Assembly: GCA_041649675.1 (NCBI GenBank)
Contig: JBAZMQ010000005.1
Coordinates: forward strand, 9,635-73,634
Direction: 5' to 3'
DNA length: 64,000 nt
DNA from: Patescibacteria group bacterium
GTDB taxonomy: Bacteria; Patescibacteriota; Patescibacteriia; Buchananbacterales; UBA6539
The position numbers and the translations under genes were made by a program. Below are positions 35,796 to 45,927 of the stretch, piece by piece (within the stretch, counting starts at the first letter, position 1; each line of letters begins with the position of its first letter). Below the pieces are notes generated by a model. That model saw only the letters and a list, made by a program, of their open reading frames with translations. It was not told the origin of the DNA and ran no database searches.

Positions 35796-37265
35796 TTAAT
35801 TTTGCGGACGTAGTAAGGGAAACAAAACCACGTCTCTTAAATTATCTTGTTTAGTTAGCAAAGTTACGATCCGGTCAATGCCCATGCCCCAACCGGAAAT
35901 TGGCGGCGCGCCGTGCTCCAAAGCCAAAACATATTCATCATCTTTGCCGTGGGCTTCAATGTCACCAGAGGCTTTAGCTTTAGCCTGTCTTTCAAAACGC
36001 TGTTTTTGGTCAATTGGGTCAATTAACTCTGAATAGGCATTAATAATTTCCCAAGTATTTACTACCAGTTGAAACCGATCAACAATATTTGGGTTTTTAT
36101 CATTGCGCCTGGCTAAAGGTGATAAATCCAAAGGATGGTTAATTAAAAAAGTTGGCTGAACAATTTTTTGCCGTGAGACGGCTTTATACAAAGCGTCAAT
36201 TAAATTACCTCGCTGTAATTTATCAATATCTTCAACAACAATTTTTTTAGCTTTAATTTCTTTTCGCAGTTTATCAGCCGTTTCAAATTTATCAATATCA
36301 ATGCCACAATCCTTTTTTATCAAATCAGCAAAACTAACCTTTGGCCAGGGGGCTTTAAAATCAACTTCCACTTCCTGACCGGTTCGATCTTTGATAGTAA
36401 TTTTTAATTTACCAAAAAGTTTTTTAAACAGATAGGTAAACATCTCTTCGGTAAATTTCATATTATCCTCAAAATTCCAATAAGCCACGTAGTGTTCAGC
36501 CATGGTAAAATCTTGCAAATGCGAAGGATCCATCCCTTCGTTGCGAAAACAGCGACCGATTTCAAAAACTTTTTCAAACCCGCCAACAATTGCCTCTTTC
36601 AAATAAGTTTCTGGGGCAATCCGCAAATAGACATCAAGGTCTAAGGCATTGTAGTGGGTTCTAAACGGCTTGGCGATAGCACCGGAGGCGGTATTGCCCA
36701 AAATCGGCGTTTCAATTTCGGTAAATCCCTGCTGCCAATAAAATTCCCGCAGGCTTTTTACAAATTCACTGCGAAATAAAAATCGCTGATAAGTTTCAGG
36801 ATTGGCGATTAAATCCAAGTACCGTTGGCGGTATTGTGCTTCCTGGTCTTTTAAACCGTGCCATTTTTCCGGCAAGGGCCTCAAGGCCTTGGCCAGCAAG
36901 GTGTATTTTTTTACCAAAACCGAAACTTCGCCTTTTTGGGTTTTAAATAATTCACCTTCTACCCCGATGAAATCAGCCGGATCAAAAATTTTTAAAAACT
37001 TTTTCAAATCGGTATCTTCTTGCTTTAAAACCACCTGCATTCGGCCCAAACCGTCGCTGATATGGCAAAAACAAATTTTTCCCATTTCCCGAATGGTTAG
37101 TAACCGACCGGCCACTCTTACCTTGGTCCCCAACTTTAACTTTAAAATTTCAGTAATTGACTGGGTCTTGTCAAACTTATCTAGGTAAGGATTAATCCCC
37201 TCTTTCTTTAAAATTTCTAACTTTTGGTAACGCGCCAGATATTCATCGTTTAAGATATTAGCCAT
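35796..37265 (-). CDS. lysS: Lysine--tRNA ligase (class II)
   Basis: YRQRYLDL, YLRIAPE, FRNEG, GMGIDR, VVLFP. Confidence 0.96.
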   Translation of the reverse strand: MANILNDEYLARYQKLEILKKEGINPYLDKFDKTQSITEILKLKLGTKVRVAGRLLTIREMGKICFCHISDGLGRMQVVLKQEDTDLKKFLKIFDPADFIGVEGELFKTQKGEVSVLVKKYTLLAKALRPLPEKWHGLKDQEAQYRQRYLDLIANPETYQRFLFRSEFVKSLREFYWQQGFTEIETPILGNTASGAIAKPFRTHYNALDLDVYLRIAPETYLKEAIVGGFEKVFEIGRCFRNEGMDPSHLQDFTMAEHYVAYWNFEDNMKFTEEMFTYLFKKLFGKLKITIKDRTGQEVEVDFKAPWPKVSFADLIKKDCGIDIDKFETADKLRKEIKAKKIVVEDIDKLQRGNLIDALYKAVSRQKIVQPTFLINHPLDLSPLARRNDKNPNIVDRFQLVVNTWEIINAYSELIDPIDQKQRFERQAKAKASGDIEAHGKDDEYVLALEHGAPPISGWGMGIDRIVTLLTKQDNLRDVVLFPLLRPQN

Positions 37266-37322
37266 AATTTTAGTTATAAATTATAGGTTAATTTTACTAA
37301 AAAAACCGGATTTAGTCAAAAC

Positions 37323-37350
37323 AAAAACTCCGAACAAAATCGGAGTTTTT
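37323..37350 (-). terminator. Terminator after greA
   Basis: AAAAACTCCGA..TCGGAGTTTTT. Confidence 0.7.
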
Positions 37351-37367
37351 GGTTAGGTAAAAAATAG

Positions 37368-37829
37368 TTACTTTATCTCTAAAATTTCACATTCCGTCTC
37401 GCCTTTAGGGATTCGAACAACCACTTTCTCACCCTTCTTCCGGCCTAAAAATGCTCGGCCAAGTGGTGATTCGTTAGATATCAATCCTTTGGCCGGATTA
37501 GCTTCATTGGAGCCAACAATCGTATAATGATGCTCATCAGGACCACATTTGATTTTGATACTGCAACCAATACTGACCACTTCCCGGCCGCGACTTTCGT
37601 TAATAATTTCTGATTTGTTGATCAAATGTTCTAATTCAGCAATTCGGCCGGCAATAAAACCCTGTTCATCTTTAGCATCCTGGTACTCGGCATTTTCAGA
37701 AAGATCCCCTAATTCTCGAGCCCGGGCAATGCGTTCAATTACTTCAGGCATTTTAACCTTTTTTAAAAATTCAAATTCTTCTTTTAATTTCTCTAAGCCA
37801 TTTTGGGTAATATAATTAGTAGGAGTCAT
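37368..37829 (-). CDS. greA: Transcription elongation factor GreA
   Basis: GDLSENAEY, ISNESPLGRA. Confidence 0.96.
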   Translation of the reverse strand: MTPTNYITQNGLEKLKEEFEFLKKVKMPEVIERIARARELGDLSENAEYQDAKDEQGFIAGRIAELEHLINKSEIINESRGREVVSIGCSIKIKCGPDEHHYTIVGSNEANPAKGLISNESPLGRAFLGRKKGEKVVVRIPKGETECEILEIK

Positions 37830-37923
37830 AAAATGTTTTTATTTTTGATTTATCCGGCTAAAAAACCAGACGCTAATTTTAAATTTTGCCAACTAGCTCT
37901 TTTGGTTAAGCTGATTATAATTT

Positions 37924-37998
37924 AAAAAAATACAGTCCAGACTGTATATTTTTAATAGCATTAAGAACTATTTTAAATTACTTTCTTTACGTTGTCAA
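37924..37998 (-). promoter_or_regulatory. greA promoter with leader terminator hairpin
   Basis: TTGACA-17-TAAAAT (37998-37970) then ATACAGTC-TG-GACTGTAT-TTTTTT. Confidence 0.55.
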
Positions 37999-38031
37999 GC
38001 GATTTACTATAACTTATCCACAGTTAAAACC

Positions 38032-40020
38032 TCAATTTGTTTGAGGAGTGGTGGTTGGATTTAATCTATTCTGAATCCACCAATCTAAAATATCATAGGC
38101 AACGGGCAAAGCCATACTACTGCCCTCACCACTCTCTTCCAATAGAACCGTAACTACAATTTTTGGATTTTCAAAAGGAGCATAACAAGTAAGCCAGGCC
38201 TGCGATAATTGATTACTGGCCCATTGAGCCGTTCCGGTTTTAGCCGCAACGGAAATTGGCAAATCACCCAACCGTCTAGCGCTACCCGCTAGCACGGCTT
38301 GGCGCATGCCCTGGCTGATGATTTTAATATTTTTTGAATCAATAAAATCTTTATTTAAAACCTGCGGCTGATTAGTCTTAACAATTTGATTATTGTTATC
38401 TAAAACCGCTTTTAAAACCTGCGGCTGATATAAAGTGCCGCCATTGGCAAAGACTGAAGTCCAATTCGCCAATTGCAAGGGAGTAGCTAATAAATCACCT
38501 TGACCAATCGCCGCATGATAAGTATCACCAATATACCATTGTTCTTTCTTAACCCGCTCTTTCCATTCTTCACTCGGGACAAATCCAGTCGCCTCGCCCG
38601 GTAAATCAATACCCAACTTTTTATCCAGCCCAAACATTTCAGCATACTTTTTAATTTTTTCTATTCCTAAACCTTTAAAATCTTTATACCCGCCGCCGAT
38701 AGTATAGAAAAAAGTATTAACTGATTCAGCAATACCTTTAGTAATATTCGTCCAACCGTGGCCACCAGCTTTCCAGTCCGGAAAAAACCATTGGTTAACA
38801 TAAATTCCTCCAGAACTTAAAAAACTGGTATTCTGGTCAATGATTTTTTCCTGCAAAGCGGCGGCTCCCACCACCAGCTTAAAAGTTGAACCCGGTGGAT
38901 ATTCGCCGCTAATTGCCCGAGGAAACAAGGGCTGGCTAGGATTATTAGCTAATTCAGATAAATCATTTTGGGAAATACCCTGGCTGAATAAATTATTGTC
39001 AAATGCCGGCCAACTGACTAAAGCTAAAACTCCACCATTGCTGGGGTCTAAAATTATCACTGTCCCCTTTTTTTTGCCATTGGCTTGCAAAACTGTTTTC
39101 AAACTAGACTCAGCTTTATTTTGTAAATCAGCGTCAATATTCAAAATTAAATTATTTCCAGAAATCGGTTTTTGATAAGCTAAAATTTCCTTGGCTTCAC
39201 CAGTTGCATCAACTTCAACTTGTTCTCGGCCATTAACCCCTTTGAGCTCTGGCTCATAAAAAGTTTCCAAACCAGTTTTGCCAACATAATCATCAATTAA
39301 ATAACCACGGCTTAAATAATCCTGTAATTTATTTTCTTCAATTTTACCTTCATAACCTAAAATATGAGATAAGCTTAAGGTGTTGGCTGATTCCAAATAA
39401 TGCCGGGTATTATCAACCTGCAAAACTACTCCAGGGAAATGAGCAGTTGAAATCTTAGCTAAAATCGCTTGATCTTGATTTAAATTTTCTTGAATTACAA
39501 CTGGCTGATAAGAATAAAGCGATTGGCCAGCAATAATATTATATATCTCATCAGCTGATTTTTGTGAAATTTTGGCTAAATCTTGAGCAATTTGACGACG
39601 TTCTTCTGCCTTTTTTGGCAAATCAACCGGAATGATTGCCAATGAGAAGCTGGGAATATTTTCAACCAATAATTTATTATTTCGATCATAGATTATGCCC
39701 CGAGTGGCTTTAATGTCTCTAATTCTGACTCGATTACCTTCAGCAACAGAACGAAAATAAGAACCTTCAAAAAGTTGTAAATAAGCTGTCCGGGTGGCTA
39801 ACAAAACAATGCCAAGCATCAGCACAATAAACCAAATGTTTATAATTTTTTGATCAACCAAAAAATTGGCCGTATTACCGCCAGAAAAATTTTTCTTATT
39901 GGCAAACAAGTCAACTTCAAACCATTTGCTATTAGTCCGGCGGTTTATTGAATAACCATTATTTTTATGATTGCTGGCAATCTCAAAAGGATTAGCGTTG
40001 ACTTTTATTCTCATAGGCAT
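38032..40020 (-). CDS. mrdA: Penicillin-binding protein 2
   Basis: RG.IYDRN, PGSTFK (SxxK), SVN (SxN), KTG; follows mreBCD. Confidence 0.93.
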   Translation of the reverse strand: MPMRIKVNANPFEIASNHKNNGYSINRRTNSKWFEVDLFANKKNFSGGNTANFLVDQKIINIWFIVLMLGIVLLATRTAYLQLFEGSYFRSVAEGNRVRIRDIKATRGIIYDRNNKLLVENIPSFSLAIIPVDLPKKAEERRQIAQDLAKISQKSADEIYNIIAGQSLYSYQPVVIQENLNQDQAILAKISTAHFPGVVLQVDNTRHYLESANTLSLSHILGYEGKIEENKLQDYLSRGYLIDDYVGKTGLETFYEPELKGVNGREQVEVDATGEAKEILAYQKPISGNNLILNIDADLQNKAESSLKTVLQANGKKKGTVIILDPSNGGVLALVSWPAFDNNLFSQGISQNDLSELANNPSQPLFPRAISGEYPPGSTFKLVVGAAALQEKIIDQNTSFLSSGGIYVNQWFFPDWKAGGHGWTNITKGIAESVNTFFYTIGGGYKDFKGLGIEKIKKYAEMFGLDKKLGIDLPGEATGFVPSEEWKERVKKEQWYIGDTYHAAIGQGDLLATPLQLANWTSVFANGGTLYQPQVLKAVLDNNNQIVKTNQPQVLNKDFIDSKNIKIISQGMRQAVLAGSARRLGDLPISVAAKTGTAQWASNQLSQAWLTCYAPFENPKIVVTVLLEESGEGSSMALPVAYDILDWWIQNRLNPTTTPQTN

Positions 40021-40540
40021 TGGAAGGAAATAAAAATATATTTTTCAACCGACCAGTAGAAATATGAAAAGTAAAAAAAATAATTGCTAAAATTAAAGTA
40101 TTAAATAGTGGCTGCCAAAAAAATTGTGACCAAAAGTCAAATATTAAAAAATAGCTACTGCTGCCGGAAATCAAAGCTAAGGCATTAAAAAATAGAATAA
40201 ACAAATTATACGAAAGCGTACCAATAAAGCCTAAAATTAACAATGAGTACAAAGAACGATTAGTAAAAAGATTACTAAATAAAAAATTAATTAAAATTAC
40301 TACTGCCAACAAACTTAGGGTTGTAGTGCCGAAGGAATAAGCCGAGTATAACTCTAAAAATAAGCCTGCCCCCAAAGCCCACCATAATCCTTTCTGATAA
40401 TTAACAATAACTGCTAAAAAAATAACCAGGCTCAAAATTAGATTAAGGCTAGAAACTGGTGGCGGCCAAGTAGTTAACAAGCTAACTTGGACTATTCCCA
40501 CAACGAATATACCAACGATATTAAAAATTATTTCAATCAT
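39992..40540 (-). CDS. mreD: Rod-shape protein MreD
   Basis: Multi-TM protein between mreC and mrdA. Confidence 0.75.
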   Translation of the reverse strand: MIEIIFNIVGIFVVGIVQVSLLTTWPPPVSSLNLILSLVIFLAVIVNYQKGLWWALGAGLFLELYSAYSFGTTTLSLLAVVILINFLFSNLFTNRSLYSLLILGFIGTLSYNLFILFFNALALISGSSSYFLIFDFWSQFFWQPLFNTLILAIIFFTFHISTGRLKNIFLFPSNAYENKSQR

Positions 40541-41349
40541 AATTCAGGCATTTTTAAAACAGAAACAACGGTTAAATTATCAATCTTAACTAACGATTGA
40601 AGCCAAGCGGTTTGGAAAGAAGCATTAGGCTCAGCCGTAATTCGATTTATTTTCCCAACCACTAAGCCTCGCGGAATTGTTGGTTCCAAGCCAGAGGTAA
40701 TGGCAATATCGCCTTCCTTAATCACATCATTTTTAGAAATTAACTCCATTTTCAAACTCAAACCATGCTCACCTACCACTACACCCTTAGAATTACTTTC
40801 ATTTTGGATTATGACAGCAATCTTACTCCGCGAATCATTAATTAAAACCGCTTCCGAACTGTTGGCTTTGACCTGAGAAATTTTTCCAATCATAACACCA
40901 TCATCGGTAATTAAGGGAAAATTAATTTTGATTCCCTCATTGCTCCCCTTGTCTAAAATAATTGATTGTAAATTAGGTTCCGGATTTTTACCAACTACTC
41001 TGGCCGTAATTGCCTGCAAACCAGTCCGAGCCAAAAAATTTGCTTGTTTGGACACTTCTTGATTGTCCTGCAAAACCGTCTTTAATTGAGCGTTTTCAAT
41101 TGTCAAACGATTAACTTCATTAGTTAATTTTTCATTAGCTTGGACAAAATCTTTGCGACTAGTGGCGTCATAATAGAAATCATTAACTTTGGTGCCAGTA
41201 CCATAAATCTTGGATTGGATTGGCGCTAAAATTCTAATGACTAAATTTTCAATTGGTACCAAAATTGAAGTATAATGCAAAAAAATCAGCAGAATCACTG
41301 CTGCTAACAAAGTCAAGGAAAGAGGTCTAGATTTAATAAATTTAAACAT
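40537..41349 (-). CDS. mreC: Rod-shape protein MreC
   Basis: TM + coiled coil, ILDKGSNEGI, TSG...IPRGLVVG. Confidence 0.92.
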   Translation of the reverse strand: MFKFIKSRPLSLTLLAAVILLIFLHYTSILVPIENLVIRILAPIQSKIYGTGTKVNDFYYDATSRKDFVQANEKLTNEVNRLTIENAQLKTVLQDNQEVSKQANFLARTGLQAITARVVGKNPEPNLQSIILDKGSNEGIKINFPLITDDGVMIGKISQVKANSSEAVLINDSRSKIAVIIQNESNSKGVVVGEHGLSLKMELISKNDVIKEGDIAITSGLEPTIPRGLVVGKINRITAEPNASFQTAWLQSLVKIDNLTVVSVLKMPEL

Positions 41350-41364
41350 AAACCGTTATATAAA

Positions 41365-42420
41365 CTAACGAGAATTTTTTTCTTCTTTAGTTGATGATGG
41401 AACTGCCACTTCCAAAAGTAAATTATTGTCTTCCAAAATCAAACCCATTCCCCGAACGGAACAAGTCAAGGGATCTTCAATAATTTTAACCGGAATTTTA
41501 GTGGCTTTGGCAATCATTTCATCCAAACCAGCCAGTAAGGCTCCGCCGCCAGCTAAAATCATACCCCGCTGGTATATATCAGCCACTAGCTCAGGTGGCG
41601 TAATTTCTAAAGTACTTTTAATTCCTTCAATAATGCCGGCAATTGACCGTTGCAATGATTGCTTAACTTGTTCACTGGTGACTATCACTTCTTTAGGTAA
41701 ACCGGTAATCAAATCGCGACCGCGCATTTTTAGCTCAATTGGTTTGCCATCAGTAATTTTTCCAGATTTAATTTTAATATCTTCAGCCACTCGTTCACCG
41801 ATTAGCAAATTGAATTCGTTTCGGGCAAACTGAATAATATCCTGATTGAGTTTATTGCCAGCAATTCGTAATGATTTCCAAGCTACCACCCCAGAGAGAG
41901 AAATAACGGCAATTTCGGTAATACCACCGCCCAAATCAACTACCATATTACCGGAAGGATCTTGAATTGGTAAACGAGCACCAACGGCAGTAGCAATAAC
42001 ATTTTCAACTAAATATACTTCCCGGGCGCCGGCGGAAAGCACTACGTCTTCAACTGCTTTCTTTTCCACTTCCGTAACATCAAGCGGCACGCCGATTACC
42101 ACTCTTGGGCGTGGCGAAAGGCCAAAACTCTTTTGGGCAATTCGGTCAATAAAATACTTAAGCATTTTTTCAGTTACTTCAAAATCAGAAATTATACCGT
42201 CAACCAAAGGTTTGGAGATGGTAATGTGCGGCGGCGTTTTGCCAACCATCTTTTGAGCTTCTTCACCCACCGCTAAAATTTGGTCAGTCCGGTTATTCAA
42301 AGCCACAATTGATGACTCATTAATCACAATCCCCCGATCTTTAACATAAATCAAAGTATTGGAAGTACCTAAGTCAATTCCAACATCTTTTGAGAATTTT
42401 TTGAATAAACTATTTAACAT
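41365..42420 (-). CDS. mreB: Rod-shape actin homolog MreB (operonic, divergent)
   Basis: IDLGTSNT, DLGGG, TPPEL, GGGALL. Confidence 0.93.
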   Translation of the reverse strand: MLNSLFKKFSKDVGIDLGTSNTLIYVKDRGIVINESSIVALNNRTDQILAVGEEAQKMVGKTPPHITISKPLVDGIISDFEVTEKMLKYFIDRIAQKSFGLSPRPRVVIGVPLDVTEVEKKAVEDVVLSAGAREVYLVENVIATAVGARLPIQDPSGNMVVDLGGGITEIAVISLSGVVAWKSLRIAGNKLNQDIIQFARNEFNLLIGERVAEDIKIKSGKITDGKPIELKMRGRDLITGLPKEVIVTSEQVKQSLQRSIAGIIEGIKSTLEITPPELVADIYQRGMILAGGGALLAGLDEMIAKATKIPVKIIEDPLTCSVRGMGLILEDNNLLLEVAVPSSTKEEKNSR

Positions 42421-42443
42421 ATTCAGACCGGTTTTTACAAAAA

Positions 42444-43688
42444 TTAAGCTTTAAGCTTTTTGATTAATTCATTAACACTCAACAGCTCCGAATCTTTTTG
42501 ATCTCGTTTTTTAAACTCTATTTTAGCTTTAGTTTTAGGCGAAACCACCAAGCGGTAAGGAATACCAATCAAATCGGCATCGGCAAATTTCTGCCCAGCA
42601 GTTACACCCTGACGATTATCAAATAAGATTTCAATTCCTAAGCTAAGTAATTTATCATACACCTCTTGGGCGGTTTTAGCAACTTCTATTTCATCACCAA
42701 TTTGGAGTAAATGAACGGCAAAAGGCGCCACATTTTGCGGCCAAATAATACCATTTTGATCATGATAAACCTCAACAATCGCTCCCATTACCCGACTTGG
42801 CCCGATGCCATAACAACCCATCATCACCGGCTTTTTCTTACCATCTTCGTCAACATACTCCAGCTTAAAAGGTTCAGAATACTTTGCCTTGAGCGGAAAA
42901 ATATTTCCCACTTCAATCGCTTTGCCTTCCTGGATTTTTCCAGCTTTGCATTTTGGACATTGATCGCCTGCCTTGTACTCAGCCACTTCTTTGTTTTGGG
43001 CGTAATGACATTTGTCGCAATAAAAAATTGTGTCTTCGCCGTACTGAGTCAATACTTGAAACTCATGAGAATATTTGGAAAAGCTGCCACCAGAAGCCTC
43101 GGTCACTAGCGAATCTAGACCACAGCGTGAAAATATTTTTTGATAAGCCAACAACGCTTTTTGATAATAATCAGCTAAATCTTTTTCATTTTTATGAAAA
43201 CTGTATAAGTCCTTCATTGAAAATTCAATCCCACGCATTAAGCCGGACTTGGCTCTCGGCTCGTTTCTAAATTTATCCTGGATTTGATAAAGGTAAATCG
43301 GCAAATCTTTATAAGAATTAACAAACTTTTTAACTAATGGTGTAATCACCTCTTCAGCCGTCCAGCCCAAACCGAATTCTTTGTCACTTCGGCCCTTGAA
43401 TTGAAACATGACTTCTTTGCCCGGATCAGTCCAGCGGCCAGTGGTTTGCCAAATTTCTTTAGGCTGCAAAGCGGGCATTAAAATTTCTTGACCATCAATG
43501 GCATTCATTTCTTCCCGGACAATTTGTTTAATTTTATTTAAAACTCTTAAACCTAGTGGCAAATAAGTATAAACACCAGCCGTCAATTTATCAATGTATC
43601 CGGCGCGAGCCAAAAAAATCGCATTAGTACTAACCTCATCCTTTGGCGCTTCTTTAAAAGTTTTTCCAAAAAGTTTTGATTGTAGCAT
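42444..43688 (-). CDS. proS: Proline--tRNA ligase (short form without editing domain)
   Basis: KFRNEPR, EF.MKDLYSF, IEVGNIF, MGCYGIG..R, ADADLIGIP. Confidence 0.93.
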   Translation of the reverse strand: MLQSKLFGKTFKEAPKDEVSTNAIFLARAGYIDKLTAGVYTYLPLGLRVLNKIKQIVREEMNAIDGQEILMPALQPKEIWQTTGRWTDPGKEVMFQFKGRSDKEFGLGWTAEEVITPLVKKFVNSYKDLPIYLYQIQDKFRNEPRAKSGLMRGIEFSMKDLYSFHKNEKDLADYYQKALLAYQKIFSRCGLDSLVTEASGGSFSKYSHEFQVLTQYGEDTIFYCDKCHYAQNKEVAEYKAGDQCPKCKAGKIQEGKAIEVGNIFPLKAKYSEPFKLEYVDEDGKKKPVMMGCYGIGPSRVMGAIVEVYHDQNGIIWPQNVAPFAVHLLQIGDEIEVAKTAQEVYDKLLSLGIEILFDNRQGVTAGQKFADADLIGIPYRLVVSPKTKAKIEFKKRDQKDSELLSVNELIKKLKA

Positions 43689-43696
43689 AATAGTTT

Positions 43697-43765
43697 TGAA
43701 TTTAGAATCATGAATTATGAATTATGAATACTTAAGCCAGCCATAATTCTTGATTCATAATTCCT
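43697..43765. repeat. 7-nt-periodic palindromic element (family B)
   Basis: GAATTTA GAATCAT GAATTAT GAATTAT...ATAATTC TTGATTC ATAATTC. Confidence 0.75.
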
Positions 43766-43768
43766 ATG

Positions 43769-44143
43769 TTATTTCCCTAATAATTTACTCCAAAAACCTT
43801 TTTTTTCTTCAGGCACTTTGACTTGACTCTGGTTGTCAATTTGATTTTTTATATGACCTTGCAACCGATTAGCTTCAGTTTGAACTAACTCGCTATCATA
43901 CTCGCCACTGTGAGCCGAAGAACCAGCATAAGAAGGTTTTTTTTGGTCCAAATGCAAATTGAAAAACTTCTTGCCGTCTTGATCGGTGCCCAAATACAAA
44001 TGGAAGCGCGGATAAAAATCACGGCTTAACCGCCTGACATATGAGGTTTTACCGGAATTATAATCATGAATTTCCGTATAACCGGCTCGCTGCAAAAAAA
44101 TTCGGAAATTAACTTCAAAATCAAACGGTAAATAAATTTTCAT
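43769..44143 (-). CDS. Hypothetical protein
   Basis: SYVRRL...YPRFHLY...NLHLDQK..SY....AHSGEYD; co-oriented in operon. Confidence 0.75.
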   Translation of the reverse strand: MKIYLPFDFEVNFRIFLQRAGYTEIHDYNSGKTSYVRRLSRDFYPRFHLYLGTDQDGKKFFNLHLDQKKPSYAGSSAHSGEYDSELVQTEANRLQGHIKNQIDNQSQVKVPEEKKGFWSKLLGK

Positions 44144-44169
44144 AAACTGCTATTGATGAATTAAAGATT

Positions 44170-45336
44170 CTAAAAAAGTCCAGAAATTTTTTGCCACCAA
44201 TTCAGAAAGCCTGAAGAGACTCGGGCAATATCCCTAAAGGTTACAATTACGACTAAAATCATTAATAAAGCAAAACCAAGATTGTGCATGGCCGCTTCAA
44301 AGCGCTGATTGATCGGTTTTTTTCTAATGGCTTCAATTAAAAGAAAAAAGACCCGGCCACCATCCAAAGCTGGAAATGGTAAAAAATTAATAACCGCAAT
44401 AATTACTGATAAAACTGCGGTAAATTGTAAGACGTACAAAAATCCTGAGCGGGCGGCATCACCAACCAAAGTAGCAATACCCACTGGGCCATAAACATCA
44501 CCAATTAGATGCCGAGAAATTATCAAATTTTTAATAATCAAATAAAAACCGTAGATCACTCCCCAAACCATGGTAAAAGTCTCTTTCAAACCATACCACC
44601 AAGAAATATACCAAGGATAAGAAACAAAACCAGTTTGGGCCAAAGCTACACCCATTCCACCCCGATTAGTTTGGCTTAAAACATAAGGCGTTACTTTCTT
44701 ATCTAAAATCTCCTGATCACGCTGAATTTTTAGAGTTACTTCGGTACCAATTTTACTATCAAAATAGCCCTGCAAACTTTCAATTTTGGCAAAATTTTGA
44801 CTATCAACCAAAACAATAATATCACCCACTTGAATATCAGCCTTTTTGGCCGGCGAGTCGGCAAGTACATCCAATACCCGGATTTTGATATCCCGAATCT
44901 TAGCCGCCGCTGGCAACGTTTTATCAATATATTGAGGTGAGCCAATAGTTAAACCAATCGTTAGCAAAACTGCAGCTAAAATTATGTTCATTAAAACGCC
45001 GGCCGAAATTATCCAAATTCTAGTCCAAACTTTTTTATGAGCAAAACTGTCCGGATCAGTAGCGGCATCACCTTCTTCGCCTTTGATCTTAACAAAACCA
45101 CCCAAGGGTATCCAATTTAGAGAATAGATGGTTTTATTTGTTTCTTTGGTTTTAATTCCAACTGATTGCCATTTACCCAAATCATCCTTAAAAAAACCAA
45201 AAATTCTTGGTGGTAGCCCAAGACCAAATTCATCAACTTTAACTCCTGATTTTCGGGCAACAACAAAATGACCGACCTCATGAACCAAAACTAAAACCCC
45301 TAAAACAACGAAAAAAGCGACAATAGTTAAAAGCAT
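44170..45336 (-). CDS. rseP: RIP metalloprotease RseP (M50, PDZ)
   Basis: HEVGH, IPLGGFV, PDZ, NFLPFPALDGG. Confidence 0.94.
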   Translation of the reverse strand: MLLTIVAFFVVLGVLVLVHEVGHFVVARKSGVKVDEFGLGLPPRIFGFFKDDLGKWQSVGIKTKETNKTIYSLNWIPLGGFVKIKGEEGDAATDPDSFAHKKVWTRIWIISAGVLMNIILAAVLLTIGLTIGSPQYIDKTLPAAAKIRDIKIRVLDVLADSPAKKADIQVGDIIVLVDSQNFAKIESLQGYFDSKIGTEVTLKIQRDQEILDKKVTPYVLSQTNRGGMGVALAQTGFVSYPWYISWWYGLKETFTMVWGVIYGFYLIIKNLIISRHLIGDVYGPVGIATLVGDAARSGFLYVLQFTAVLSVIIAVINFLPFPALDGGRVFFLLIEAIRKKPINQRFEAAMHNLGFALLMILVVIVTFRDIARVSSGFLNWWQKISGLF

Positions 45337-45352
45337 AGATATTTAACTTAAA

Positions 45353-45907
45353 TTATAAAGTCATTATTTCACTCTCTTTTTTTTCACCAATTTCTTTAAT
45401 TTTTTCATTGTAATCTTTTATCAGCTCGTCTAATTTTTTCTGCAAATCATATCGGTCATCTTCGGTAATCTCTTTATTTTTTTCTTGTTTTATTGTTTCT
45501 TCTTTGGCTTTATCGCGAAGCTGCCTAACCGTAATTCTGGTTTTTTCCATTTTTTCATTAACGGACTTAGTTAATTCTTTGCGACTCTCTTCGGTTAACG
45601 GCGCAATAGTAAGACGAATCTGATTGCCTTCATTGACCGGACTAATACCAATATTCGCTTTAGTAATCGCCTTCTCAATTTCTTTAGTGACAGTTTTATC
45701 CCAAGGTTGAATTATAATTGTTCTGGCTTCCGGCACGGTAATTGAAGCCAGCTGCTTAATTGGCATTTTAGAAGCATAAGCTTCAACCAAAATATTTTCT
45801 ACCATAACTGGATTGGCCCGGCCGACTCGTAAAGTCGCTAATTCATTTTTTAGATTCTCAATTGATTTATCAAATTCTGACTTATAATTATCAATAATTG
45901 ATCCCAT
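45353..45907 (-). CDS. frr: Ribosome recycling factor
   Basis: LRVGRANP, IQPWD, PLTEESRKEL. Confidence 0.96.
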   Translation of the reverse strand: MGSIIDNYKSEFDKSIENLKNELATLRVGRANPVMVENILVEAYASKMPIKQLASITVPEARTIIIQPWDKTVTKEIEKAITKANIGISPVNEGNQIRLTIAPLTEESRKELTKSVNEKMEKTRITVRQLRDKAKEETIKQEKNKEITEDDRYDLQKKLDELIKDYNEKIKEIGEKKESEIMTL

Positions 45908-45927
45908 AGATATTTATTATTTAATTA

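Noticed and set aside
16424-38022. Replication origin from DnaA-box-like 9-mers (16424, 26809, 38014)
   Set aside because: Isolated single boxes kilobases apart, with no cluster and no dnaA/dnaN.
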